A stretch of 63,817 nt of DNA, filler included, from Octopus bimaculoides (Eukaryota), in the NCBI RefSeq assembly GCF_001194135.2. It is 11 parts of 9 records of this genome, joined end to end, with 100 filler letters (N's around TTAATTAATTAA, not from the genome) between each part and the next. Parts side by side here need not be neighbours in the genome. Positions count along the whole stretch, not along the records: positions 23,674 to 27,716 come from NC_069001.1; positions 27,817 to 36,674 come from NC_068995.1; positions 36,775 to 43,734 come from NC_068987.1; 8 more parts are not named here. One strand, 5' to 3'. Position 1 is the first letter of the stretch. The number at the start of each line of letters is the position of its first letter. Below the pieces are notes generated by a model. The model was given only the letters and a program-made list of their open reading frames with translations. It did not search any database and had not been told where the DNA came from. Position numbers and translations under genes: made by a program. Shown piece by piece: positions 24,425 through 37,807 of this stretch.

Positions 24425-24795
24425 ATTTTACTTGTTTTAGTCATTGGACTGTGGTCATGCTGGGGTACTGCCTTCAAGGGGTTTTTGAGACAAATCGATC
24501 ATAGTATTTATTTTTTTTTAAATGTTTGATACTTATCCTATCGTTCTGTTTTGCCGAACAGCTAAGTTATGGAGACTAAAACAGACAAGCACCGGATGTA
24601 GTGTGTGTAGCGAAAGCACAAAGACACCTCCCCCCCCACACACACATACAGCAGACACTTTCCATCAATCAAATCCACTCACATGGCATTGGTCGGTCCA
24701 AGGCTAGAGTAGAACTCACTTACCGAAGGTGCCGTGTAGTGGGACCGAACCGAAAACCACGCGAGTGGAAAGCGAACTTCTAACCCACACAACCA
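24425..24795 (-). mobile_element. SINE S1, near full length, diverged
   Basis: Tail, central (CA)n and head (AAATCCACTCAC...GGTGCCGTGTAGTGGGACCGAACC) are all present. Confidence 0.85.
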
Positions 24796-24879
24796 AAGAA
24801 GATTTTGCAGAAAAAGTATGTCATAAATATCTAGAAAGCTATTGGAGACATGCAACATAAAAAGTATACCTCTTCGTCA

Positions 24880-25070
24880 GGTGTCCCTGTTTCATCTACT
24901 CCGCATTTCGAAGGCAAGGACAATACGCGACTTCGTTGAAACAGTCCTTCTCGCAAAGTAAATAAAATAAAATTTGGGATTTTTTGCGGAGGGTGAAAGT
25001 GTTAACAAGAACAGGGCAGTGAGAACAAGACAGTAAAAACAAACGGTGAGGGCTGTTGAACCAAGACGAT
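24880..25070 (-). mobile_element. PLE terminal-like fragment (family also at about 59850-60000 plus and 63750-63805 minus)
   Basis: Shared order CTTCGAAA(T/C)G...CTGANGAAG in all three copies. Confidence 0.45.
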
Positions 25071-25474
25071 AGAAAAATTATTATTCCGTGTCTCTCTCTA
25101 TATATATAAAAGAAATCTTTCTAATTTTTTTGACATCATCCAAACAGAAGTGTTAAGAATCTCTATGAGAAAATAATATAAGAGAATGAAAATAAAGCAA
25201 ATCACAAAAGATTTGTGTGAGGATTCGTGAGGAGAGACCTTGTGCTATGATTCCAAAAGTAGATAAATATTGTTGTATCTAATCTGAGTAAGAAACGACT
25301 ATAAACTCAGCATGGTGTAATCGGCAATGTTGTTAAGTGAGAGATACGTGGATCGAATTACGTCTAAGGAGGAGCATTTTAATCACAATTTATTGTTTAT
25401 ATAAGAATAATTTATGATAGACACGTTACTCACACAATCGTACATCTATATCTAACTACCTATCTCCTCTCTCA

Positions 25475-25508
<34 letters not shown>

Positions 25509-26344
25509 CATATATACATACATACATTTATATATATACATACAACATTTATATATATATATGTTTGTGTTAGTGTGTATTAACACGCACATATATTTCT
25601 AATTTCAAATAACACACACACATACACGCACAAACACATATGTATGTGTGTATGTGCATATATATATGTGTGTGTGTGTGTGCATGTGTATATGTGTGTA
25701 TCATATATCTATATTATATGTGCCTGTACTATAGGCGTCTATATATATATATACATATGCATACATACATATACATGCATACATACATACATAGATACAC
25801 ACATATGAATATACACAGGCATCCCAAAAGTAAATAAGCACCTTTCATTATGCTGTTTTATTCATGGGGCTTCAAACTTGTTAATGTATTCTGCACGGGG
25901 CATCATCACATCCACTAAATATTAGATTAAATATTTCAACGCATCGAATGACACCACTTCGCTTCTCGAAATAAATCTCTTGAAAAACGCTGGTATCTAT
26001 TCACTATTGAGATGTATGTGTGTGTGTGTGTGTAAAAGAGAGAGTGTGTGTGTGGATACATGTATATATTGTCGTGTAATATGATGCAATGTCCAAGGTG
26101 CAATACACTTCGTTGGTTTCCTCCAGATACCAGCCGGTGTTCATCAAGGTTTTCTCTTCTCTCCAGGGCGAAAACGAGGCAAAGAAAATTTGGCTTGTGT
26201 TCAAGAAGGATATCGATGGTCACAAAGCCGCAGCTCTTCTGTGTGAGACGAATTTTCGAGTTCTGTGGTGATTGTTGATTGTCAGAGCGTCCGAAATAGC
26301 GACTCGTTGGCTGTCCTCCAAGTGACAGAGAGATGACCATAAAT

Positions 26345-26530
26345 GAACGCGTTGTGTTCTTGAGCGAAGCACTTCATTTCACGTTGCTCCAGTCCACTCA
26401 ACTGGCAAAAAATGAGTAACGCTGCGATGGACTGGCGTCCTCTCCAGCTGGGGGAACATATACGCTATTGAAACCGGGAAACCGGGCCCATGAGCCTGGC
26501 TAGGCTTTAAAAGGGCGCATTTATTTTATT
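26345..26530 (+). mobile_element. SINE S3 (CORE-like body, tail B), 5'-truncated
   Basis: GTTCTTGAGCGAAGCACTTCATTTCACGTTGCTCCAGTCCACTCA then GCTGCGATGGACTGGCGTCC...GGCTTTAAAAGGGCGCAT. Confidence 0.8.
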
Positions 26531-26619
26531 TTATTTATAATTATCATATTACACAAAAATATCCATCTTTATAAAACCCTATAGAGCTCTTCACTTTATC
26601 CCAATCTATCCATCCATCC

Positions 26620-26653
<34 letters not shown>

Positions 26654-27258
26654 AACTATCTTTCTGCTTCTCTCTCCTTTTCTCCTTCCTCCTCTATATT
26701 TCTATCTCTGTTATATNNNNNNNNNNNNNNNNNNNNNNNNNNNNNNNNNNNNNNNNNNNNNNNNNNNNNNNNNNNNNNNNNNNNNNNNNNNNNNNNNNNN
26801 NNNNNNNNNNNNNNNNNNNNNNNNNNNNNNNNNNNNNNNNNNNNNNNNNNNNNNNNNNNNNNNNNNNNNNNNNNNNNNNNNNNNNNNNNNNNNNNNNNNN
26901 NNNNNNNNNNNNNNNNNNNNNNNNNNNNNNNNNNNNNNNNNNNNNNNNNNNNNNNNNNNNNNNNNNNNNNNNNNNNNNNNNNNNNNNNNNNNNNNNNNNN
27001 NNNNNNNNNNNNNNNNNNNNNNNNNNNNNNNNNNNNNNNNNNNNNNNNNNNNNNNNNNNNNNNNNNNNNNNNNNNNNNNNNNNNNNNNNNNNNNNNNNNN
27101 NNNNNNNNNNNNNNNNNNNNNNNNNNNNNNNNNNNNNNNNNNNNNNNNNNNNNNNNNNNNNNNNNNNNNNNNNNNNNNNNNNNNNNNNNNNNNNNNNNNN
27201 NNNNNNNNNNNNNNNNNNNNNNNNNNNNNNNNNNNNNNNNNNNNNNNNNNNNNNNNNN

Positions 27259-27302
<44 letters not shown>

Positions 27303-27365
27303 AATGTGTGTATGCGTATATTTAAGTATGTGTGCGTGTGTTTATGTACATACGTATGTGTGTGC

Positions 27366-27402
<37 letters not shown>

Positions 27403-27532
27403 CGTAGCTTTACGTATGTGTGTTTGGCTGTTCCCATGTGTGTGTCTGTATGTCTTTGTGCGATCGTTATTCCAGCAATATTCATATATCTGTTATTTAG
27501 AACAACAGCGTGTGTATTAATACCTGCTATAT

Positions 27533-27584
<52 letters not shown>

Positions 27585-27817
27585 CTTTGCTGCGCAGAGT
27601 AGATTGGTATATTGACACCACATACCCACCAGCACCACTGGTGTTATCTATGCAATATTAATATAGATACACACACACACACACACACATTTATATATAC
27701 ATATACACACATACATNNNNNNNNNNNNNNNNNNNNNNNNNNNNNNNNNNNNNNNNNNNNTTAATTAATTAANNNNNNNNNNNNNNNNNNNNNNNNNNNN
27801 NNNNNNNNNNNNNNNNT

Positions 27818-28434
27818 TCCACTGCTCTAGGGACCAATTCTGTAGATTTTGACTGCACTCTAAATGCTTTGCCATGTTTGTTTTTGAAAGTAGTGGTTTT
27901 CTGATTGCAGCCCTCCCTTGAAATCCGGCTTTGTGCAGCTCCTGGCAAACAGTTTTTATGAAAACTGGGTTCTCAAGAGCTCTGCAGTAATTTTGGGAGC
28001 TGTACTTTTGTGATCTTTTCTAACAATTTGCGTAAGAGTCCTTCGGTCCCTATCTGAAAGTTTTGGTTTTCTTCTGGAGTTTTGTTTTGATGAGGAAGTT
28101 TTTCCCTCTTTCTCAAAGGATGTCATTACTTTCAAGACAGTACTTCTTGATACACCAAAGATTTCAGCAGTTTTCATTACGCTAAGCATCTGCTATATGA
28201 GCACCAACAATTTGATGTCATTGAAAGTCCGAGAGATCCGTCATTTTAATGAATTTTAATTTCCTTTTTCTTATGATATCTGAAAAGAAACAGCAATTTT
28301 AGCAAAACATATTAAGCAACACTAATAATAAATAAAAAAACATAAAAATAAACAAGCTTTTGACGGTTTTAGAGACATTTCAAAATTATGATGCTATGAT
28401 ACTAGGTGTTTCCATTATTTTGTCCAACCCTGTA
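27818..28434 (-). pseudogene. Tc1-like transposon 5' half (TIR and paired-like HTH)
   Basis: TA-CAGGGTTGGACAAAATAATGGAAACACC terminus at 28434; KTAEIFGVSRSTV.KVMTSFEKEGKTSS...RKPKLSDRDRRTL..IVRK...TAPKITAEL. Confidence 0.92.
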
Positions 28435-28437
28435 TAA

Positions 28438-28586
28438 GTGAAGGCGCATGGCTCAGTGGTTAGAACATTGAGCTTACGATCATGAGGTTGTGAGTTCGAT
28501 TCCCAGACTGGGCTGCATGCTGTGTTCTTGAGCAACACACTTTATTTTACGTTTCTCCAGTTCACTCAGCTGTAGAAATGAGTTTC
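28438..28586 (+). mobile_element. SINE S3 head
   Basis: A box TGGCTCAGTGGTTA, B box GTTCGATTCC, CORE-like body; runs into a gap. Confidence 0.85.
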
Positions 28587-28945
28587 NNNNNNNNNNNNNN
28601 NNNNNNNNNNNNNNNNNNNNNNNNNNNNNNNNNNNNNNNNNNNNNNNNNNNNNNNNNNNNNNNNNNNNNNNNNNNNNNNNNNNNNNNNNNNNNNNNNNNN
28701 NNNNNNNNNNNNNNNNNNNNNNNNNNNNNNNNNNNNNNNNNNNNNNNNNNNNNNNNNNNNNNNNNNNNNNNNNNNNNNNNNNNNNNNNNNNNNNNNNNNN
28801 NNNNNNNNNNNNNNNNNNNNNNNNNNNNNNNNNNNNNNNNNNNNNNNNNNNNNNNNNNNNNNNNNNNNNNNNNNNNNNNNNNNNNNNNNNNNNNNNNNNN
28901 NNNNNNNNNNNNNNNNNNNNNNNNNNNNNNNNNNNNNNNNNNNNN

Positions 28946-29924
28946 TATGGTGGATAATGGAGAACTTCCAACCCAACTCCTGTAGTTTCGCCAATGTCTG
29001 GCGTTGTCTTGCAATAAAATAGGAAGGGATCTATTGACTAATCTAGGCCATTTTTTTTGTAAGCTTCTGCATCATTTGGTCCAGTTGGCAGCAGTATACT
29101 TCGGCCGTGATTGATGAGCCAGGTTTAATGAAATCATAATGGATCACACCTGCGCCAGACCACCAAACACACACTATCAGCTTCTTTTGATGAATTTTGC
29201 CTTGTGTACTGTGTCTTGGTGGCTCGTCTTTGTCCAACCATTGTGCTGAAGGTTTACAATTGTTGTATTGGATCCATTTCTCATCATGTTACAATTCAAT
29301 TCAAAAATGATTCATTTTTGTGATGAGAAAGTAGCATAATGCAGGCTTCCAAATGTTGCTCTTTCTGATTGTCATTGAGTTCATGTGGAACCCACTTATC
29401 CAAATTTTTCTCTTTACCGATTTGAACTAGGTGAGTCAATATTATGTGCTTACTAACACCAAACAACAACAATAATTCATGGGCACTTTGAGATGGATCT
29501 GACTCGACATTGACGGTGGCTTTCAGTTCATCATTATCCACCTTTGTTTCTGGCTGACTGCTTTGCTCATTTGTATGGTCAAAGTTACCAGAATGAAAGT
29601 TTGCAAGCCAATTTGATATTATCTGCTGTGTAATAACATTAGAATGAAATACTCCATTAATATTTTGAGCTGTCTGTGATGCTGCATTTCCAAGAAAGAA
29701 CTCATATTTCAAAACTGTACGAATTTCTGATTTCTCTAAACAAAAATAGCAAAAAAGATTTATACATACTTTATAAAGCACAAAATGAGTTAGAATAAAG
29801 AAATAGATGTCTCAGCTTTCTAACAAAAAATAAAGACTGTCAAAATATAATGATGGTGCAAAATGAGCAGCTGTCAAAATTTACCATATACCTTACTACA
29901 AATTTCATACTTGACGACCTAATA
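28946..29924 (-). pseudogene. mariner (Hsmar1/SETMAR-like) transposase remnant with 5' TIR
   Basis: TA-TTAGGTCGTCAAG terminus at 29924; IRTVLKYEF, WVPHEL, frameshifted T(C)DEKW, KKLIVCVWW, ITAEVYCCQL; stops. Confidence 0.93.
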
Positions 29925-29927
29925 TAT

Positions 29928-29958
<31 letters not shown>

Positions 29959-31144
29959 AACAAACACACACATACACACACATATATATATATATATATA
30001 CATTATATATATATATAGTATATATAAATCACAGTATGTGTATATATAATGACTAATGCATACATTTCTACAATTCTCAACCAATTTTCACCAAACTGTA
30101 CACACACATTACTTATGTCTCAAGGATGGTCATGCACTATAACATTTTGCCCAGAGCACCCGTGTAAATGGATGTAAATGAATATAGTTATTTGCATGTA
30201 GGGTCTTCATTACTTTTTTAATCTTTTTATAAAAGTGAAAGGATTTTGTCTATTTATTTTGATTGTCCATCAGTGATGGTGATTAAATTGACTAAGAACA
30301 CTGTACGTGATGAATACCCAATACCAAACAATCTTAATCTCCATATTTAAACTGCATTAAACTTCGGCAAGCTTACCTTTACTTACTCTGAGTTACTTGA
30401 AAGGTATGTTCGCTTCCCTCTCTTCCATTTGTTGATACCTTTGTGTACCTAGCAATGCATTATTTCACTTTAAGGATGCTTCTTTACCCATCCATTATGA
30501 TATTATGACTGTTGTCCATTGTTTCAAATATGTCTTAGCATTGTCGTTCTTTAAACAATCATATATGATTCGTCTCAAAGAATCAACCTTTCAATAAGAG
30601 GTTTGCTTCCACTAGTAAAATCTATATGTATCTTTCAGAAAGCTCCATACCAATTTAACTTTATGCAGCATTTGCTGTTAGTTTATGCACAGTTTATGTG
30701 AGAAGACAGAATAAAGGGGCTTTTGTTAGCTTATCTCTCCGAAAAAATAGCTCCCTTTGCTGTTGAATAAAATAAACTTGCAGAGGGGAAGTTTCAATGT
30801 TTTCCTTCAATTTCCTTACACCGTTTATGTGGTTGTTTCTGACAAGAAATTTTGCTTTCATGTAAAACAACTACATTTTGTAGTCATTATCTGTAATCTA
30901 CTCCCAAAACACTTCAGTTGCTCTACTTTACATTGCTTGCAAACTTATATGTTCTACAATTATTAAAGTGCAACGACCTCCACAATAACCAGCCTTCAAT
31001 TTGATTTTCAGTTCCTAGGTTAATTGGACACATAGATTGCTGTGTTACTCAAAAACCTTTTTGGTAGTTCAATTATTTGGTGAAAAACTACCACCAAAGT
31101 AACTTAAACTGTCCAAAGGACAGGTGTGTTTGCTAGTATATAAA

Positions 31145-31500
31145 AATATTCTTTTATTTCTTTCAGTCATTTGACTGCGGCCATGCTGGAGCACCACCTT
31201 TAGTCGAACAAATTGACCCAAGGACTTATTCTTTTTAAGCCTAGTATTTATTCTATCGGTATCTTTTGCTGAGCCACTAGGTTTTGGGGATGTAAATACA
31301 CCAACATCGGTTGGGGTGACAACCACCAACACACACACACATATATATACACATACGACAAGCTTCTTTCAGTTTCCATCTACCAAATCCACTCACAAGG
31401 CTTTGGTCAACCTGAGGCTATAGTAGAAGACACTTACCCAAGGTGCCACACTGCGATTGAACCTGTAACCATGTGGTTGGTAAGCAAGCTACACATCTAC
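31145..31500 (-). mobile_element. SINE S1, near full length
   Basis: Tail, central microsatellite and head are collinear with other copies. Confidence 0.9.
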
Positions 31501-31514
31501 TCTTGCACCTATAT

Positions 31515-31760
31515 ATCGTCGTTTAACGTCCGCTTTCCATGCTAGCATGGGTTGGACGATTTGACTGAGGACTGGTGGACCAGGTGGCTACACCAGGCTC
31601 TAATCTGATTTGGCAGAGTTTCTACAGCTGGATGCCCTTCCTAACGCCAACCACTCCGAGAGTGTAGTGGGTGCTTTTACGTGCCACCAGCACAAAGGCC
31701 AGTCAGGCAGTACTGGCAACGGCCACGCTCGAAATGGTGTATTTTACGTGCCACCTGCAC
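31515..31760 (-). mobile_element. RTE-type 3' end
   Basis: Nearly identical to 35185-35403. Confidence 0.9.
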
Positions 31761-32983
31761 AATATATATATATATATATATATATACTATAATGGAGAAA
31801 GCTGCTTATTAATTAGGTATGTAACAATTGCTAAAAGTACTAAAAGAAAGCAATTATTAAACGGTTGACCGTTAGGAAATATTTTTATAAATTCATGTTC
31901 AATTTCGATTTCTCAAGTTATTGAATTTTAACTCCAATTTCTCGCAAATTTAAATATTCATTGCATTCACTGCAGAGTATTCCATTTTCATTTGCAAAGT
32001 TTCTCACTTTCTCTTTTAAGTTTTCATTTGCTATTTGGAAAGCCGATAGTTTATTCTATTAATGTATATGAGTAGTGAATGAAAATTTTTTTAAATACCC
32101 GTATAATTTTTTAATGCAGGATATCTGTGAGAAGAGCCTAGAAAGTTGGGTAATTACTATTAGAAGAAAAGAAAAAGGTTACCGACAAGTACTCAAAACT
32201 TGCACCTTCTTCACAGTTTCCAAACATTCTATACCACTAAGCCAATATACACATGAAAAGTTGCATGAGCGACTTCAACAGTGATACACACACACACCAA
32301 TACACACTCGTGCACACACACAGATACAACATACACATAAACGAAAGGCAATGCATGTGTGTGTGTGTGCGCACACACTCACTGACAAAACTTTGTGCTG
32401 CATCACTTTTGTGAAGTCTTGTCAGTGAACAGGTCGTGGTTTCAAAGCAGCAAAAATACTTTGATACAAATGAAATTTTAATGTTCTTTTCCACTCTAGG
32501 CACAAAGCCTGAAATTTTTGGGGAGTGGGGCAGTCAATTAGATCAACCCCAGTATACAACTGTTACTTAATTTATCAACCCTGAAAGGATAAAAAGCAAA
32601 GTCAACCTTGGTGGGTGAAATTTTAATGTTGAAGTGAAACTGGTAATACTTAAATACAGAGGTATCTTAATGGTACTACTTAAGTAGTACCATACTTAAG
32701 TAGTACCATACAGGTGTTATGTACAAAACATTTTAAATGTACACTATGTGGACGTGTAATGACACCCTAACCCTAAAGACTAATCCCTCCAGTTTCATAT
32801 CATTATATAGATGTATCGGGACCTCTGTATTTAAGTATTTAAGCTGTGAAATTAAAGGTTTCTGTGTTTTCTTGAATGGCTTACAAACATCTATGCTGCA
32901 ACTGTTTTTGTTTTAGCACAGAATCTCAGATCAAGTCACTTGCTATGCAAGTACATCACCATAATTTTTTTAAATCACTGTGG

Positions 32984-33215
32984 TATTTCTTTACTATCCA
33001 CAAGGGGCTACACAGAGAGGGACAAACAAGGACAGACAAACGGATTAAGTCGATTATATCGACCCCAGTGCGTAACTGGTACTTATTTAATCGACCCCGA
33101 AAGGATGAAAGGCAAAGTCGACCTCGGCGGAATTTGAACTCAGAACGTAGCGGCAGACGATATACCGCTAAGCATTTCGCCCGGCGTGCTAACGTTTCTG
33201 CCAGCTCGCCGCCTT
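32984..33215 (-). mobile_element. Full-length SINE S2 with 11-bp TSD AATCACTGTGG
   Basis: TSD at 32973-32983 and 33216-33226; B box GTTCAAATTCC; the empty site is present in the paralogous copy (about 54397-54410). Confidence 0.93.
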
Positions 33216-33882
33216 AATCACTGTGGATAAATGCCAGCAATGACCTCAGGCTCCCCAATATTTTAAATTCTAAATGTATTTATGGGGAAAAAATATTGAA
33301 ACCCATCAATACNNNNNNNNNNNNNNNNNNNNNNNNNNNNNNNNNNNNNNNNNNNNNNNNNNNNNNNNNNNNNNNNNNNNNNNNNNNNNNNNNNNNNNNN
33401 NNNNNNNNNNNNNNNNNNNNNNNNNNNNNNNNNNNNNNNNNNNNNNNNNNNNNNNNNNNNNNNNNNNNNNNNNNNNNNNNNNNNNNNNNNNNNNNNNNNN
33501 NNNNNNNNNNNNNNNNNNNNNNNNNNNNNNNNNNNNNNNNNNNNNNNNNNNNNNNNNNNNNNNNNNNNNNNNNNNNNNNNNNNNNNNNNNNNNNNNNNNN
33601 NNNNNNNNNNNNNNNNNNNNNNNNNNNNNNNNNNNNNNNNNNNNNNNNNNNNNNNNNNNNNNNNNNNNNNNNNNNNNNNNNNNNNNNNNNNNNNNNNNNN
33701 NNNNNNNNNNNNNNNNNNNNNNNNNNNNNNNNNNNNNNNNNNNNNNNNNNNNNNNNNNNNNNNNNNNNNNNNNNNNNNNNNNNNNNNNNNNNNNNNNNNN
33801 NNNNNNNNNNNNNNNNNNNNNNNNNNNNNNNNNNNNNNNNNNNNNNNNNNNNNNNNNNNNNNNNNNNNNNNNNNNNNNNNNN

Positions 33883-33904
<22 letters not shown>

Positions 33905-33921
<17 letters not shown>

Positions 33922-34082
33922 TATACGACGGGCTTCTTTCAGTTTCTGTCTACCAAATCCACTCACAAGGCTTTGGTCGGATCGAGGCTATAGTGGAAGA
34001 CACTTGCCCAAAGTGCCACACAGTGGGAATGAACCCGGAACCATGTGGTTGGTAAGCAAGCTACTTACCACACAGTCACTCC
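33905..34082 (-). mobile_element. SINE S1 head, young
   Basis: GACGGGCTTCTTTCAGTTTC...TACTTACCACACAG. Confidence 0.9.
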
Positions 34083-34399
34083 TGATTTGTATAAGTTTTC
34101 ATTAACAGATATCCATCTTCCTGAAAATTATGAGAGAAAAAAGTCACATCGTGTTAATTTTCCAAAACTCCTCTCTCCACGCCCTTGCAAAAATTCTTTC
34201 CCATAAATCCCTATATACTCTAATGCCACAACATCTAAGCAAAATTTACTAAGCAAGTGAGTACTACTGTACAAAGAAATAATTGGACGTAAAATATAAA
34301 AATTATTAGAAATGGGAAACAAATGTGAAAATATTATGAAGGGGCTAGCAGAAAACTGCCCGGACGGAAGTCTTTCTGGTAGTATACATATGTATATAT

Positions 34400-34685
34400 G
34401 CTTTTATTCTTTTATTTGTTTCAGTCATTTGACTGCGGCCTTGTTGGAGCACCCCAGGACTTACTTTTTGCAAGCCTAGTACTTATACTATTGGTCTCTT
34501 TTGCCAAACTGCTAAATTATGGGGACGTAAACACACCAGCATCAGTTCTCAAATGATGTTGGGGGAATGAACACAGACACACAAACATACATATACACAA
34601 CGGACATCTTTCAGTTTCCATCTACCAAATCCACTCATAAGGCTTTGGTCGGCCCAAAGCTATAGTAGAAGACACTTGCCTAAGG
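34400..34685 (-). mobile_element. SINE S1
   Basis: Collinear with 31145-31500. Confidence 0.85.
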
Positions 34686-35164
34686 TGCCACAAAGACACT
34701 CCTTATATTCTTTCATTCTTTCTTTCAGCCCCTTCACACTTACTTTGTTCTTTCCACCCTTCTTTCTTTCGCTCCCCCTCTCTCACATTTCCTCGCCTTC
34801 CCTTCATTCTCACCTTCCCTCCTCTTTCACTTCACTCTGTCTCTTTTCTTTTTTTCTCATCCCTCCCTAATTCTTATATCTTTTTGCCTCTACCTCTCTC
34901 CTCTCCTTCCACATGATAGGTGTTCAGCCAAGCCTGACATTTCTTTCTTAGTTTGACTACCATCAGTGCAACATCTATATTCTTTCCCATGCCTGTCATC
35001 TCTTATGGCCCTGCGGGAAGGCTTCACGTCCACACATGCCAGCTTAATTTAATTCATTCTCAGTCTAAAGACACCTGTTGTTAATATCCTGTTGTTTGCA
35101 TTTGTTTTTGTGTCACATTTCTCTGTTTTTTCGCATCCTTGTTTTCGTATACATTCACTGCTTT

Positions 35165-36105
35165 CATCATCATCATCATCATCATCGTTTAACGTCCGCT
35201 TTCCATGCTAGCATGGGTTGGACGATTTGACTGAGGACTGGTGAAACCGGATGGCAACACCAGGCTCCAATCTAATTTGGCAGAGTTTCTACAGCTGGAT
35301 GCCCTTCCTAACGCCAACCACTCAGAGAGTGTAGTGGGTGCTTTTACGTGTCACCCGCACGAAAACGGCCACGCTCGAAATGGTGTCTTTTATGTGCCAC
35401 CCGNNNNNNNNNNNNNNNNNNNNNNNNNNNNNNNNNNNNNNNNNNNNNNNNNNNNNNNNNNNNNNNNNNNNNNNNNNNNNNNNNNNNNNNNNNNNNNNNN
35501 NNNNNNNNNNNNNNNNNNNNNNNNNNNNNNNNNNNNNNNNNNNNNNNNNNNNNNNNNNNNNNNNNNNNNNNNNNNNNNNNNNNNNNNNNNNNNNNNNNNN
35601 NNNNNNNNNNNNNNNNNNNNNNNNNNNNNNNNNNNNNNNNNNNNNNNNNNNNNNNNNNNNNNNNNNNNNNNNNNNNNNNNNNNNNNNNNNNNNNNNNNNN
35701 NNNNNNNNNNNNNNNNNNNNNNNNNNNNNNNNNNNNNNNNNNNNNNNNNNNNNNNNNNNNNNNNNNNNNNNNNNNNNNNNNNNNNNNGGGTATTCACATT
35801 GACATTACACATCCAACGGAGCATACTGGCTTCATTCCTTGCGAGCTTACGTATGTCCTCAGCAGTTACAGCCCATGTTTCACTGCCATGTAGCATGGCT
35901 GTTCGTACGCATGCGTCATACAGTCTGCCTTTTACTCTGAGTGAGAGTCCCTTTGTCGCCAGCAGAGGTAAGAGCTCACTAAACTTTGCCCAGGCTATTC
36001 TTATTCCAGCAGCTACACTTTCAGCGCACCCACCCCTACTACTAACTTGGTCGCCCAGATAGCGGAAGCTATTGACTACCTCTAGTTTTTCACCCTGGAA
36101 TGAGG
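35165..36105 (-). mobile_element. RTE-clade LINE, 5'-truncated, with gap
   Basis: SFRYLGDQVSS.GGC..SVAA.IRIAWAKF.ELLPLL..KGLSLRVKGRLYDACVRTAMLHGSETW; 3' end with (GAT)n. Confidence 0.92.
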
Positions 36106-36409
36106 AAATCTAGTGCTCTTAGCTTAGATTTTCTTTGGGGCTGGCCAGATTGGAGCAGTCTCGATTATAACCAGTCGAAACTGCAAAGATAATCAGGAAC
36201 TTGACTGCTGAAAGAAAACACTGAATGACTCAACCTTGTTTTTTCTTGTCCCTTTTTGTATCATCTAAATGTCTGGATGTCTTGTCGCCTGTTGCATTTT
36301 TGTTTCATTTTTTGTATTCTTTTATATAGATATATATTATATAATATTATATTATTATAGTATTATATATATAGATATATAATATATATAGATAGATATA
36401 TAATGTATA

Positions 36410-36610
36410 TATATATTCTTTTATTTGTTTCAGTCATTTCACTGTGGCCATGCTGTGGCCTTTAGTTGAACAAACGCACCCCAGGACTACTTCTTTGCAA
36501 GCCTAGTACTTATTCTATCGGTCTTTTTGTCGAACTTCTATGTTACGGAGATGTAGACACACCACCATCGGTTGACAAGCAAAGGAGGGGGTGACAAACA
36601 CAGACACAAA
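36410..36610 (-). mobile_element. SINE S1 3' half
   Basis: CAGTCATTTCACTGTGGCCATG...TATTCTATCGGTC. Confidence 0.8.
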
Positions 36611-36774
36611 CACACACAAATATATATAAATATATACATATCATATATATATATTATATTATATATATATATATNNNNNNNNNNNNNNNNNNNNNNNNNN
36701 NNNNNNNNNNNNNNNNNNTTAATTAATTAANNNNNNNNNNNNNNNNNNNNNNNNNNNNNNNNNNNNNNNNNNNN

Positions 36775-36935
36775 CCTGCAAGACACGGATGTGGAGGTCT
36801 TCAAGACAAAACTCGACGCTTTCCTCTCCACGATACCAGACGAACCAATGGCTCGAAATGAGACACAGTTTAGGGCAGCGATGTTAAATTCTCTTATACA
36901 CCAGATGTGCCATCAAAACTCTTGATTGGACTATA
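36775..36935 (+). mobile_element. CR1-group LINE C-terminal fragment
   Basis: VFKTKLDAFLSTIPDEP...RAAMLNSLIHQ*. Confidence 0.7.
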
Positions 36936-37468
36936 TCAGGTGCAGGAGAAGAGCCATGCAAGGAACGTGAAGAGAGCAAAGCATAAAGACAGAAAATCAC
37001 GGTGGTGCTCCAGCATGACCACAGCCACTTGGTTGAAACCCATAAATTTAAAAAAAAAAAAAATATATATATATATAATTACATACATTACATACATACG
37101 TACGTATATACATACATACATACATACATGTGTGTGTATGTGTGTGAGCGAGAGAGAGAGTTTGATGCGAGACACAACCATTACTACAGAGTAGTTCAAT
37201 TATATGAAATCGTCCACTCACAACTAAAAATATACAAAACTATCAAACAATATGTCCCACGTTCCGCTTGGTTAACGATTCAAAATAGGTTCCTTTCTTT
37301 CTAATGTTTTTCCTTTTTTTTTTCTTCTTTCGTGTTTTCGGGGTTTTATATTCATCACTATGTCTAGCCTATTTTTAATTTATTTATTCGTTACCCCATC
37401 TCTTGTTGTTCTTTTTTTTTGCGGATAAAAAGTACATTCTTCGTCTTGTTCTTGTTCTTCTTGTTCTT

Positions 37469-37543
<75 letters not shown>

Positions 37544-37547
<4 letters not shown>

Positions 37548-37770
37548 ATTTGACTCTGGTTTGTGGGTAGCAGGTTACTACCTGTAACTTTAGGCATCCA
37601 CAAGGTTTCAATAGTCTTCAAGTGCTCAAGACCATCCTGATAATCTTTCCTGTCTCTAAGAGACAAACTTCCTGTACAAACTCTGCAGGACATTCTGCTT
37701 CAATCTCGTTCAACCATTGTCTATATCTTTAGTCACAGTCCCCGAACACCAATTATTACAGACACAACCC
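37544..37770 (-). mobile_element. R4/Dong 3' fragment flanked on both sides by (TAA)n
   Basis: VVSVIIG..GTVTKDI...QEVCLLETGKIIRMVLST*; arrays at 37498-37543 and 37771-37803. Confidence 0.8.

Positions 37771-37807
<37 letters not shown>

Larger units (their letters stand above)
32490..34383 (+). mobile_element. Non-autonomous Helitron-like composite element, copy 1 (two nested SINEs and a gap)
   Basis: Homologous to 53990-55419; internal inverted repeat around CCCTAA units; 3' hairpin AGCAGAAA...TTTCTG followed by GTAGT. Confidence 0.6.

Noticed and set aside
28438-28515. tRNA gene calls for SINE heads with A/B boxes
   Set aside because: No complete cloverleaf; the sequence continues into SINE bodies.
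30200-31060. Possible Helitron helicase remnant
   Set aside because: No helicase motif could be aligned convincingly in any frame.
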